A DNA stretch of 64,000 nt from Methanobacteriota archaeon (GTDB lineage Archaea > Thermoplasmatota > E2 > DHVEG-1), in NCBI GenBank assembly GCA_963769885.1, contig CAVYNH010000004.1:288001-352000 (forward strand), in the 5' to 3' direction. Below, piece by piece: positions 9,855-19,880 of the stretch; position 1 is the first letter of the stretch; the number at the start of each line of letters is the position of its first letter. Both the position numbers and the translations under genes were made by a program. The notes below the pieces were generated by a model. It saw nothing but the letters and a program-made list of their open reading frames with translations, ran no database searches and was not told the DNA's origin.

Positions 9855-12834
9855 CTACCTCCTCCGAATAACGAGAAGGCCGAGGAGGAAGATGACGACG
9901 AAGAACACCACCGCGAGGGTGAGGTAAAGAGCATGGTCCTGAAAGACCTCGATCAGGGATGCCTCTTGGCGGCCATGCAGAGGGTCTGTATGGGCAGTGT
10001 ACTCTTGTAGGTTACTGGCACCGTCCCCGTCCGAGTCGATGAGGGCATCCGAGGCGTTGTACGGGTCAAGCCCGTACAACAGTTCCCAGTCATCCGGCAG
10101 CCCGTCGTTGTCGGTGTCGTTGAGATCGAGGGTGATCCAGAACGTCATCTCGGGGCTGCGGGCGGTGTTGTTATAGTAGTCGACGCTGGAGACGCGATAG
10201 ATGTACTTACCGAGGTCGTGGTAGATCTGGGTGATTTGATAGTATCCGGTCGTGTTCTTTTGGAGGATCACGTCAGAGTAGGTGCCATCAGGCGTGGTGA
10301 TGCGGGCTTGGACGCTGCGGATGCCGTAGTTGTCGTGGGTCCCGCAGGTGATCTTCACGGGAAGGCCGGGGAGCTGGACCTGGGGCTCGACTTCGATGAG
10401 GTCCAGGGACGGCGGGGTCTTGTCGATGACGACGGTGAAGTTCCCCGTAGCAGTGGCCTTGTTTTTAAAGTAGGCGGCGTCGGTCGCGGTGATCGTAAAG
10501 CTGTATCTCCCGAGGGCCCAGGTATCCAGCAGGGTGTAGCGATACCTGGTATCGTTGAGGAGGGTCATGTTGGCGGCGAGTTGGGTGTTCTTGGGGGTTT
10601 TGATGGTGATGCTGACGAGGCTGATACCGGAGGCGTCGGTCGCCCTGACGGTGAAGATGGCGGGGAATCCTTTTTCGATGATGCCGGGCTCTTCGAGGAT
10701 GCTGATGACGGGCTTGTTCTTTTCCGCCGGGATGACCACCAGGGGTCGGTCGAGGCGTTTGAGGCGGTTGTTCGTGTCGTTGTAGTCTGGGGTGGAGGCG
10801 TTGGGGTGAATCTCGACGCCGACGTAACCATTCCCCCCTGTATTTCTCGTCGCCGTACTTGACGGGGGACCAGGTGAGGTCGACGATCATGGTCTCTCCC
10901 ACGTCAAGGGAGATGGTCGTGGAGTTCACTTCTCCTGTGTAGAGCACGTTGGGGGGGTCGTGCTGTTCGACGAAGAGGGCGATGGTGTAGTTGACGCCGG
11001 TCTTATGTCCGTTGTTGCGGATGGTGGTGGCGATGACTCCGGCGCCGTACTCGTTGAGGGCTGTGCTCGGCAGGCTGATGTCGACAACGGTGAAGTCGGC
11101 AGCGCCTTGGACGGTGACGGTGGCGGTCTTGTTGTTGTTGGCGGTGTTCGGCTCGGTGTAGTCCGAGCAGCTGATGGTGACGGTGATCTTGTAGGTGCCT
11201 TGGGTGGGGTGCCAGTAGCAGACGAAGCTGGTGTTCTTGTCTTTTGGTAGCACGTTTCCGGTGGAGTTCAAGAGGTAGGTGGAGTTGCATTTGAAGCTGA
11301 TGCGGACGTCGGGGACGGTGGCGTTGGTGGCAGTGGCGTAGGCGGTGATGGTGACGTTGCCTTCCGTGGGGGTGTTAGGGAATCGCAGGTATGTGAGGGC
11401 GATGTCCGGGATGGTGATGTTGAGGGAGTAGTTCTGCCGATTGATGTACCCGGCGTTGTCTATGGCGGTGGCGCGAATGCTCCAGTTGCCTCTGGGGAGG
11501 TTGAGGCGCTGGGTCCATTTGAGGGTATCGAGGGTGGAGAACGTCAGGGTCCGGTTGAAATGGCCGTTGAGGAGGAGGTCGGCGGTGACGGATTTGGCTT
11601 TCGCGACGGTTTTCAGGGTGATGGTGAAGTCTGTATTCGGCAGATAGAAGGTTTGGATGACGGTGGAGGGCTCCAGCCACCAGCCTTCGGGGTTGCTGGT
11701 GGAGTCGATGACGGCGGTGCCGGGGTTTTGGTGGATGGGTTTGGAGAGGTTGGTCCGGGTGCCGTTGTTGTCGTAGGTGTCGAAGTAGACGAGGTAGAAA
11801 CCGCGGCCGGTGACAGCCCAAGTGAGGTCTCCTTTCGCGTTGGTCTGAGAAGCGTAGTCGTTGGCTCTAGTGAACTTATAGGGGATGACGTTGTTTTTTC
11901 CGGCAGCGTATTTGACGACGGTAATAGTGGCGTCTTCAAGGGGCTTACTAGTGAGGCCGAGGGTGTGGAGTGCGGCGGTGAAGTTCACGGTCTTGGTGAG
12001 GTTTCCGGTGCCGGTGGCATTGTAGTAGTAGCGGTAGTGCCAGCTGGTGTTCCACCAGGGGATTTTAACCGTGGTGATGGTGGCGACGAGGGTGGCGGTG
12101 TTGTTGGTTTCGTTGAGTTCGTAGACGGTATGGTCTGGGTCGAGGACGATGGTGACGGTGGTAAGACCGGCGGTGGTCGGGGTCCAGCTGAAGGTGAGGG
12201 CCCAGAGTTGGCCGTGTTGGAGGCCAATGATGGCGGTGGTGTTGATGGTTTTGTCATTGATGCGGCAGTCGGCGTGGATGGTTTCGGTGGTGTTGGCGCC
12301 GGTGTTGGTCGCAGTGGCTTGCAGGGTGATGAGGGAGCCGACGGTGGTGGTGCCGGTGAGGGTGATTGGGGTGGTGAAGGCGAGGTCTGGGGGCGGGGGG
12401 TGGATGGTGATGGTGGCGGTGCGGTAGTTGTTGTGGGGGTTGGGGTCGTTGAGGCCGGTGCGGGCGGTGAAGTTGAGGGTGCGGTTTTGTGGTAGGTTGG
12501 CGGGATGGTGGCTAGTGAATTTGGCGATCCAGTAGAGGGTGAAGGTATGGTGGGTGGTGGTGAGGGTGATGGTGGTGTTGATGCTGGTGGTGTAGGTGCC
12601 GTCGACGAGGAGGCTGACGTTGATCCAGGTATTGTTATTGAGGTTGGGGGGGGTGGTGATGTTGACGGGGAGGGTGAGGTTGGTGCCGACGATGGTATCG
12701 GTGGGGATGGTGAGGGGGTCGATGGAGAGGTCGACTTGGGTGGAGGCGGTGGCGGGGAGGGCGAGGGATGGTAGAATGATGAGGACGGCCAGTACGGTGA
12801 GTATCGTGTGCGTGGTAGAACCAGGGTTTTGCAT
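9855..12834 (-). pseudogene. Large CARDB/Ig-domain surface protein with Ca-binding DxDxDG repeats and a C-terminal TM anchor, +1 frameshift at ~10826
   Basis: The 789-aa ORF ends YRGEW and continues YVGVEIHPNAS in the frame of the 9855-10739 ORF; ELNETNN CARDB motif; DTDNDGLPDDWE; TM helix followed by RRR. Confidence 0.8.
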
Positions 12835-12917
12835 TGTTCTCCTCCCGATGTGCTGGCGTCATATTTGGTTCGTAGTATTTCTATTTTTTGATAAAAATAT
12901 CGGCTTTCGGGTATTTA

Positions 12918-14162
12918 TTATTCGGTCAGTCGGTAGGGTCTGAGGTCGACGTAGTCGCCGAGGCGGACCCAGAGGGCGAGGTGGGTGAGGCCGGTGAGGG
13001 TGATGTTGGCGCTGAGGGAGGCGTAGAGGCGGGTGGGGGGGAGGAGCGGGCGGCCGTGAGGCAGGAGGATTTTCCAGGAGAAGAAGATGGTGCCGGTGAA
13101 TTTGGTGGTGGCGTGGGGGGTGAGTTCGTGTTCGGTGAGGTTCCCGTAGGCGAGGTAGTTAAGGCCAGTGGAGAGGACTGAGTAGTAGTCGATGCGCAGA
13201 TCCTTGACGTAGAGGGGGAGGCTGGAGGGGTTGTAGACGGTGAGGTTGGTTTCTCCTTGAATGCCGCCTTTGACGCGGTGGGTGTCGACGAAGAGGCGTA
13301 GTTCGATGGGGGCGGTGTGGGGAAGGAGGGTTCCGAGGTCGGGGAATGCGAGGGTGACGGCGGTGCTGAGGGGGAGGGTTTTAGTGGTGCCGGCGATGAT
13401 GGCGCTGGCTTTGCTAGTGAAGGTGATGGTAAGGGTTTGGGCGTTGAGGATGCTGAAGGCGAGGAAGCCGTTGCTGTAAAGGGTGGCATTGGCCTTGGCA
13501 GGGATGGTGCCGTTGGTGATGGGGAGGAGGGTGACGGTTTCGTTGGTTTCGTTGCCGATGCTGAGGGTGGTGTCGTGGAGGCCGAGGGCGAAGGCGTTGG
13601 GGTTGGTGATGGTGATGGTGGTGTTGAGGGCGATGCTGGTGTTGGTGATGGTGCCGAGGGTGGGGGCGATGTGGATGGTGGGGAGGTGGATCTGGTCGAT
13701 GAGGTCGTCGATGCTGGCTTGGATGGTGAGGCTGAGGGGGAGGGTTTTGTGGATGATGGCGAAGGTGATGTCGATGTCGCCGGTGAGGGCGGCGGTGAGG
13801 AGGCCGGTGAGGTTGCCGGAGAGCGTGATGGCTTTGGTGTCGGTGAGGGTGGTGGTGGTGTGGGCGGGGATGGTGCCGTTGGCGAGGGGGATGCTGGCGA
13901 GGTCGGTGGTCGTGGTGCGGAGGGTGAGGGTGAGGTGTTGGAGGCTGAGGTCAAAGTCGTTGGTGTTGTGGATGGTGAGGGTGTAAGCGAGGGTTGCCTG
14001 GTCGGTGCCGAGTGTGAAGGTGGTGACGGCGATCTCGATTTTCGGGAGGCTGGCGGAGTTGACAGTGAAGATAAGGAAGGCGCTGACGGCGATGTTGAAG
14101 ATGATGAGGATGAGGAGGACTAGGAGGGCGAAGAGGGTTCGTCGTCTGGGAAGGGGTCGCAT
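12918..14162 (-). CDS. Membrane-anchored protein with three LEA_2/WHy-like domains
   Basis: N-terminal TM helix; repeated IHNTNDF / ITNPNAF / VYNPSSL motifs. Confidence 0.75.
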   Translation of the reverse strand: MRPLPRRRTLFALLVLLILIIFNIAVSAFLIFTVNSASLPKIEIAVTTFTLGTDQATLAYTLTIHNTNDFDLSLQHLTLTLRTTTTDLASIPLANGTIPAHTTTTLTDTKAITLSGNLTGLLTAALTGDIDITFAIIHKTLPLSLTIQASIDDLIDQIHLPTIHIAPTLGTITNTSIALNTTITITNPNAFALGLHDTTLSIGNETNETVTLLPITNGTIPAKANATLYSNGFLAFSILNAQTLTITFTSKASAIIAGTTKTLPLSTAVTLAFPDLGTLLPHTAPIELRLFVDTHRVKGGIQGETNLTVYNPSSLPLYVKDLRIDYYSVLSTGLNYLAYGNLTEHELTPHATTKFTGTIFFSWKILLPHGRPLLPPTRLYASLSANITLTGLTHLALWVRLGDYVDLRPYRLTE

Positions 14163-14336
14163 GGTGGCGGTTTTTAATTATCTTATATTATATATATTAC
14201 TGTCGATGCCTCGGTGTTTTTATGGTTTACGGAAGGGGGAAGGCCTTTTCTTTTTGAAATCTGGATTTTTTTGTCTGTGGGAAAATAGTCGTTATACGGT
14301 ATGGTGTCTATAAAAAATAGAAAAGATGGGGGTCGC

Positions 14337-15818
14337 CTAGAACCCCAAGAGGCGTCGAAGGACCGGGAACGCATGAGGGAAATGTTCGAGTATCCAGGAG
14401 AGGATGCGCGGCGGCTGGTACGGCATCTTCACGGGGAGTGTTGACCAGTTGCTTGAGGCGTTGTAGGGATCGACTGCCTTTGCCTTGATGGTGTAGGTGC
14501 CTCGTTTTTGCCATGTGTGGTTCGCCTGCGCCGCGGCCCCGGAGTTGTATGGGCCGATTTGTTCGACTGCGCTGCCGTCCCCCCAGTCGATGAAATACCG
14601 GACTTGGTTCCCGTCGGGATCAATCGACGAGAAGGAGTATTGGACAGGTACTCGCGGTTTTCCACTGGATGGTCCATTGATCGATGGGGGTGCCGGTGGG
14701 TTGTTAATAGATTCTGAGACGACGTAGTCTATCGGAGAGCCATCGAGGTACCATTGGCCAGCGTCTTCCAAAAGTTGTCCTTCTTTTTCGGTGGTGTCGC
14801 CCGCGGTGTCATTCCCTTGCCGTTCGTCGTCGCGGTACTCAAGGAACACGCAGCCTTGCTGGGTGTAGATGCCGGCGAGCATGATGCAGTGGTGGTCATA
14901 GCATATCTCGACGTCCTCCGTCTTCAGCTCGTATTGGAGCCAGTCCTTCAGGTTCGCGGGGTTTTCCTCTGTGCAGCCGGCGACATTGTTACTCATCCAT
15001 CCAGTCAAGTCAACGAACTTGGTGACCGCCCTGCCGTCCTGTCCTTTGAGGTAGGCGGCTTTGGTCTCCAGCATCTGTTCTTCATCGTGGTGTCCTGTGC
15101 CGTGGCCGACTCCTAGGCCTGCGAGATCGTTGTAGACGTCCTGCGCGGTTTTCCCTGGTGGGAGATTCTTCAAATCGTACGTGGTATCCAGCCATTTGAT
15201 GCTGCGAGCGTATGCGCCGGTGATGCAGTTATTAGGTGCCTCTTGAACGCTGGAGATGTTGGTGTGTTTCAGAGCATCTGTGACAGGCCCTGATGCAATG
15301 TGTCCGCGGGGGAAGCCGACTTTCTGCGGGGGGTCGACGGTATGGCCCCAAGCGTCGCGATCAGAAGGTATCACCATATACGAGACATTGTTGCCTTGCG
15401 GCTGGGTTTGAAGCGGGGCACGCTCATACGAGACGATAGCTTGGAGGGAACTCAATGGCATGCCTTCGTGGAGACCGAGGTCCGCGATGTTGAAGTAGAC
15501 GACTTGGTCAAGGGGGAGATGATACGCTACGGGGAAAATCGGGTAGTTTTGGACAATCCAGGCAGGGGCATACCCAGCGGTTGCGACGATGTTAACGTAC
15601 CAAAAGGCGGAATCGGGCACGGTATGGAGATCAATTCGTCCCCACAATGAATGCATTACGAGCGGCATGCCGTTATAATACCAATCGAGCTGACTGAACG
15701 CGACGGTATGACGGGGTTGATCTACTTTATCACTGTCTATCCTTTGAGCATTTACCATAGGAATGGCGGTTGCAAGTAACAGCATGCAGATAAAGAATCC
15801 AACTATCTTCGTTTTCAT
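14337..15818 (-). CDS. Secreted protein with putative papain/C39-like peptidase domain and C-terminal PKD domain
   Basis: Signal peptide; Q-x5-C, HCIMLAG and YRDD motifs; YFIDWGDG PKD motif. Confidence 0.75.
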   Translation of the reverse strand: MKTKIVGFFICMLLLATAIPMVNAQRIDSDKVDQPRHTVAFSQLDWYYNGMPLVMHSLWGRIDLHTVPDSAFWYVNIVATAGYAPAWIVQNYPIFPVAYHLPLDQVVYFNIADLGLHEGMPLSSLQAIVSYERAPLQTQPQGNNVSYMVIPSDRDAWGHTVDPPQKVGFPRGHIASGPVTDALKHTNISSVQEAPNNCITGAYARSIKWLDTTYDLKNLPPGKTAQDVYNDLAGLGVGHGTGHHDEEQMLETKAAYLKGQDGRAVTKFVDLTGWMSNNVAGCTEENPANLKDWLQYELKTEDVEICYDHHCIMLAGIYTQQGCVFLEYRDDERQGNDTAGDTTEKEGQLLEDAGQWYLDGSPIDYVVSESINNPPAPPSINGPSSGKPRVPVQYSFSSIDPDGNQVRYFIDWGDGSAVEQIGPYNSGAAAQANHTWQKRGTYTIKAKAVDPYNASSNWSTLPVKMPYQPPRILSWILEHFPHAFPVLRRLLGF

Positions 15819-16103
15819 GGTGGCTTTCCTCCCCATGCCTAGACATGGCACACCTTCTTATTGTTCAATAGTATATAAATTTTCACAATTGAATGTACTT
15901 TGACAGATAGAAAAAAATTTTAACTAATTTGTTTTGACTGGGCTCGGTTTGATACGGTTCACTTGGAAGATAAGAATTTTTCTTGTTTATTTTTCACGGT
16001 TGAATACTGCAAGAAAGTAAAAAAAATTGAGTAAAAGAAATAGCCTCAACAGCGTAAAAATCAAAAAACTAAGATTTTTAACAAATGGAATTCATTTTGA
16101 ATC

Positions 16104-16541
16104 TCAACTCGAGCCGGCATCCAAGGCTTCGTTGACGAGGGCGTCCGCTTGGGCCTGATGGGGGTTGCTCCTGGGAACGTTTCGATAAATCACTTTTACG
16201 AAGGCTTTCTCCCGTCTTTTGACAGCTTCGTAGAGCGGGAGAAGATGGGGAGCCTTGATCTGATAAGACCCTTTCATTTGTCTGATGACGACTTCGGAGT
16301 CCATGAACACATGGACTTCCCCTTGAGTATGCCGGACTGCGAGTTGTAGCGCTTTCAGTAGCGCGGTGTACTCAGCGACGTTGTTTGTCGCAGTCCCAAT
16401 GAATTCCTTATGCCGTTCGATGACCTGGTCGTGTTCATCGAGAATAATGACGCCGATAGCCGCAGGACCGGGATTGCGTCTCGATCCCCCGTCAGCATAG
16501 ACAGAAACCAGTCGGTGTATCACAGTTACCTCGCTCTCCAA
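16104..16541 (-). CDS. rnhA: Ribonuclease HI (archaeal/Gram-positive type)
   Basis: YADGGSRRNPGPA, TNNVAEY, DSEVV, ADALVN motifs. Confidence 0.92.
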   Translation of the reverse strand: MESEVTVIHRLVSVYADGGSRRNPGPAAIGVIILDEHDQVIERHKEFIGTATNNVAEYTALLKALQLAVRHTQGEVHVFMDSEVVIRQMKGSYQIKAPHLLPLYEAVKRREKAFVKVIYRNVPRSNPHQAQADALVNEALDAGSS

Positions 16542-16584
16542 CGACTTTTGTAGGACAGACCCCTGGAGTTTAAAAAGATTTCAT

Positions 16585-16627
16585 TAAAAAAATGAGGCTC
16601 CCGGAGCAGTCCAGGCCCCGGAGTCTT
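16585..16627 (-). terminator. Hairpin followed by a U-tract downstream of the CocE gene
   Basis: Minus strand reads GACTCCGGGGC...GCTCCGGGAGCCTCA followed by T7. Confidence 0.45.
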
Positions 16628-16633
16628 CCTATA

Positions 16634-18365
16634 CTAGGATTCGTCAGATACCTTGCCTTGAGGAATCAAGCTTGCCCAGATGGCCGGGCTCAACCATGAG
16701 AAGAACGCACGGTGCGTCGAGGGTATCATAGGGAAATCAACCGTAGAATTGCACGGAATCCAGGGAAGGACGAAGGTACGAACCATGATCTGCGTCAACA
16801 TAGAGGGAGTTGTTGGCCACCTGCGAAGTCGTGTTCCGGGCGATGCCGTCCCTCGTGTTGGGGTTCGCAAGGAACCGTGGGTAGTTGGAGCTGGAGACCG
16901 CGACCCGGATGCTGTGTCCGATGTCCCACATATACGAGATGCTCATGAGGTCGACCTCGACCCGGTAGACAGTGCCCGGCTGCATGAACTCCCAATGGTC
17001 GGTGCCATTGCGGTTCCGCATTCGCAGGATCCCATCGCAGATTAGCATGCTGCGGCCGTCTGGATACACATCCGTGAGTTTCACGGTGAAGTCCGTGTCC
17101 GGCCGATCCGAGCTGACATAAAGGACCGCGTGGACCCGGCCGGTCGCCTCGAATGGATGCGTCAGCACCGGGCTGGTGAAGACGATGACGTCGCTTCGGT
17201 TCTCGACGGGCCGCTGGTCGTAGGGACCGAGTTTACCGTAGAGCTCCTGACCACCCCGGGTGGGGACCGGGTGGTTTGGGTTATAGGCGTAGGTGAATGG
17301 GCTTCCGGCTGTCGCGGGCGACTGCAGGAGGCTGTGGTTCGCGTGGAAGTAGAAGTTGGCCGGTGTGGAGGCGGGAGGCCAGTCTGTGGTATGCCGCCAG
17401 AAATTGCCGGAGCCATTAATGTCCCCCATGACGTAATAACTCACCGCTGGGTAGCTGTCATAGCCTTCAGGATTCCCTTGGGTGTACTGATTGACCATCT
17501 TCCAGAAGAGGTCTTGGCTGATGTTGTCGACGGAGTCCTTGGGGTAGGTAAGCTGGCCTTGTTTCGTGGAGCCCATGTTGACGTGGATCCAGGGGCCAAT
17601 AATGAGCTTGGATTTCCCAAGCGCCCCAGATCCGCCGTGGTATTGGTATCCCTCATAGGCGTCGATGGTGCCCTGGGTGAAGATGTCGTACCAGCCGCCC
17701 ATGTGAATGGCGGGGACGTTGACGTCGGAATAGTGGGTGTCGATGGTGACGTTCTGCCAGAAGGGGTCGGTGCTGTTCTCGTGGAGGTAGACGTCGTCGA
17801 GTATGTAGGTGCTGTTCACGCCTTCAAGCCAGTTGACGACCAGGTTCTTGCGGAATTCGCCGCCCTGGTACATGGCCCAGGTGAAGAGGTTGGGGGTTGC
17901 GAACTGGATGAACTGGCAGGCGAGGTTTGGCGGGTTTGCGCCGGCGGTGAGGTACTGGGTGATGCCGAGGGCGGAGGCGCCGAAGGTGGCGACCTTGCCG
18001 TTGCTGAAGGATTGGTTGGCGACCCAGGCGAGGGTGTCGGGGCCGTCGGTTGACTCGTTGCGGAAGACGGTGTCGTTGCCATCGGAGTCGTGGCGCCCGC
18101 GCATGTCTTGGATGACGGTCGGCCAACCTTGGTTGGCGAAGGCTTTACCGATGAGGATTCCTTGATTTTTTCCATAGGGGGTGCGGATGAGGATGCTGCC
18201 GTGGGGCTGCTGGCCTCGTTTGGCGTAGACGTCGGTAGCGAGGCGGGTGCCGTCGCGCATGGGAACCATATAGGTCTTAGGTGCGACGCAACCGCTGAGG
18301 AGTATGGTGGTGGTGAGCAGCATGCAAAGGGCGAGGATTAGGAGTGGCGTTTTCATCTGTTTCAT
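16634..18365 (-). CDS. CocE/NonD family (peptidase S15) hydrolase, lipoprotein; probable +1 frameshift near 16775
   Basis: LSGC lipobox, RTPY, QDMRGR, GASALG nucleophile elbow, GWYD, GPWIH, SSSNYPRF. The expected SYLxLP ending is restored only by removing one base. Confidence 0.88.
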
Positions 18366-18509
18366 AATCGTGTTTCCCCCTTGTAGGACTTATCATCCTT
18401 GGGTTATTTCATGGTTTCGCTCTCGGAGGGGGCGTGAAAAGGGCGGGGATGGCGGAATGTCAGGGTTGTTTTAAATAGGATGGCGGCGGAAGCAGGGTCA
18501 GGTGAACAC

Positions 18510-18632
18510 GTGAAATACCAGCAGAAGAAGACCTATGGTGAGAGATGGGAGCACAAAGGCTATCGGCACCAATACCGAAAGAAGTATCCGCAGAAGAAAA
18601 ACTCTTCGTATAAGACGCAGTACGCCAGCTGA
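18510..18632 (+). CDS. 40-aa Lys/Tyr-rich basic microprotein
   Basis: TTTAAATA box, GGTGA SD, GTG start, MKYQQKKTYGERWEHKGYRHQYRKKYPQKKNSSYKTQYAS, T-rich tract downstream. Confidence 0.6.
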   Translation: MKYQQKKTYGERWEHKGYRHQYRKKYPQKKNSSYKTQYAS

Positions 18633-18785
18633 GCCGGTCTCCGGTCGGTTGGCGCGCAACTCCAGCTGAACCCTCATTCTTCCTCTCTCGCATCTCATTT
18701 TTCTTTCTTCTTTTGTTTTTCTGTTTTTTTATCGAAGCGATGGTACGAGTCATTAAGTAATATTGGCTGTTATCCCCTTGTGCGG

Positions 18786-19538
18786 ATGCAGCGGACACAA
18801 GGCGACCTCTATCCGCTTGTGAAGGATCTGAGGACGAAGGCGCAGTTCACGCGCGAGATTTCCAAGCGGTACCAGGCGTACGGGGAGTTACTGGACAAGG
18901 ATACGATCGCGTTTTTGTTGGTTGATGAGTTGGGGCGCAATTCCTTCAGTCTGACGCCGATCTCCCGGTTGGCGGCAGGGATGGATGCGACCGTGGTCGC
19001 GATGGTAGGGGGGGTCGCCGAGGTGAAGACGTTTCGGAAGAAGAACGGGACGGTTGGCAAGGTCCTCAATCTCGATATCGCAGACGAGTCCGGGGGCTGT
19101 CGATTGGCGCTCTGGAATAAGGACATCGAGCTGGTGAAGAGCAAAGGGATTTCGGTGGGCACCCGGATCCGGGTCATCAACGGGTACACGAAGGACTCGT
19201 ATGGTTGCGCGGAGTTGAATCTGGGGAAATGGGGGATGCTGGAAGTCGAGCCTATGGCCGAGCAGACTTCTGACTCATCGATTGATCAGGTCCTCAGTGG
19301 CGTCCTTGTGAGCCGGGAGGCGACTCGCGCTTTTTTCAAAGAGAACGGCGAGATTGGGTTTGTGACGTCGATAACCGTAAAAACCACGAGCGGGGAGATC
19401 CTGCCGGTGACGTTGCGTGATGCGTCGGTGAAGTCGATCCAGGGCATCAAGCTTGGGGAATCGATCGCTTTGCAACGAGGACCGAACGCGATCAAAAACG
19501 GGACCGACGAGTGGCATTTCGGTCGCACAGAAGGATAA
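18786..19538 (+). CDS. OB-fold single-stranded DNA-binding protein (RPA-like)
   Basis: KTFRKKNGTVGKV...IADESG...LALWN OB-fold signature and a second OB fold. Confidence 0.85.
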   Translation: MQRTQGDLYPLVKDLRTKAQFTREISKRYQAYGELLDKDTIAFLLVDELGRNSFSLTPISRLAAGMDATVVAMVGGVAEVKTFRKKNGTVGKVLNLDIADESGGCRLALWNKDIELVKSKGISVGTRIRVINGYTKDSYGCAELNLGKWGMLEVEPMAEQTSDSSIDQVLSGVLVSREATRAFFKENGEIGFVTSITVKTTSGEILPVTLRDASVKSIQGIKLGESIALQRGPNAIKNGTDEWHFGRTEG

Positions 19539-19567
19539 TAAGAGAGGATGTCGATTGCAGGGACTCG

Positions 19568-19741
19568 ATGCGGCCGGGTCATCGTCCTCCGCGGGATAAG
19601 CGCTATTTTCATACCCAGAGAAAGTTCGATACCGCGCACCGGGTACAGCTCAATGAACGGATTGATGCGCTCGCGAAACGGCGGATTCGTCAAGTGACCA
19701 AAGCCCAGGTGAAGGCCTGCCGGAGCAGGCCGAGGGCGTAA
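19568..19741 (+). CDS. 57-aa Arg-rich microprotein with RYFHTQRK motif
   Basis: ATG 30 bp after the RPA stop; motif shared with ORF 878-1084. Confidence 0.55.
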   Translation: MRPGHRPPRDKRYFHTQRKFDTAHRVQLNERIDALAKRRIRQVTKAQVKACRSRPRA

Positions 19742-19880
19742 GCTCCCCCGGGGAAAAATAAGGGGGTTGCCCGTCTGAACCACCTCAGGCGGACAACGAG
19801 TTTCCTAATGACCAGTGCTGATAATTACAGCCGATGGCTTAATATCAATCGAAAAATAGTGATGAAACACTATTGAATCA

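Noticed and set aside
6166-14123. Long Ser/Pro/Thr-rich and Gly/Val/Glu-rich ORFs overlapping real genes (e.g. 6573-7886, 7948-8934, 12926-13954 and the first 204 aa of 7102-9486)
   Set aside because: Shadow frames caused by extreme codon skew, which removes stop codons; no family motifs
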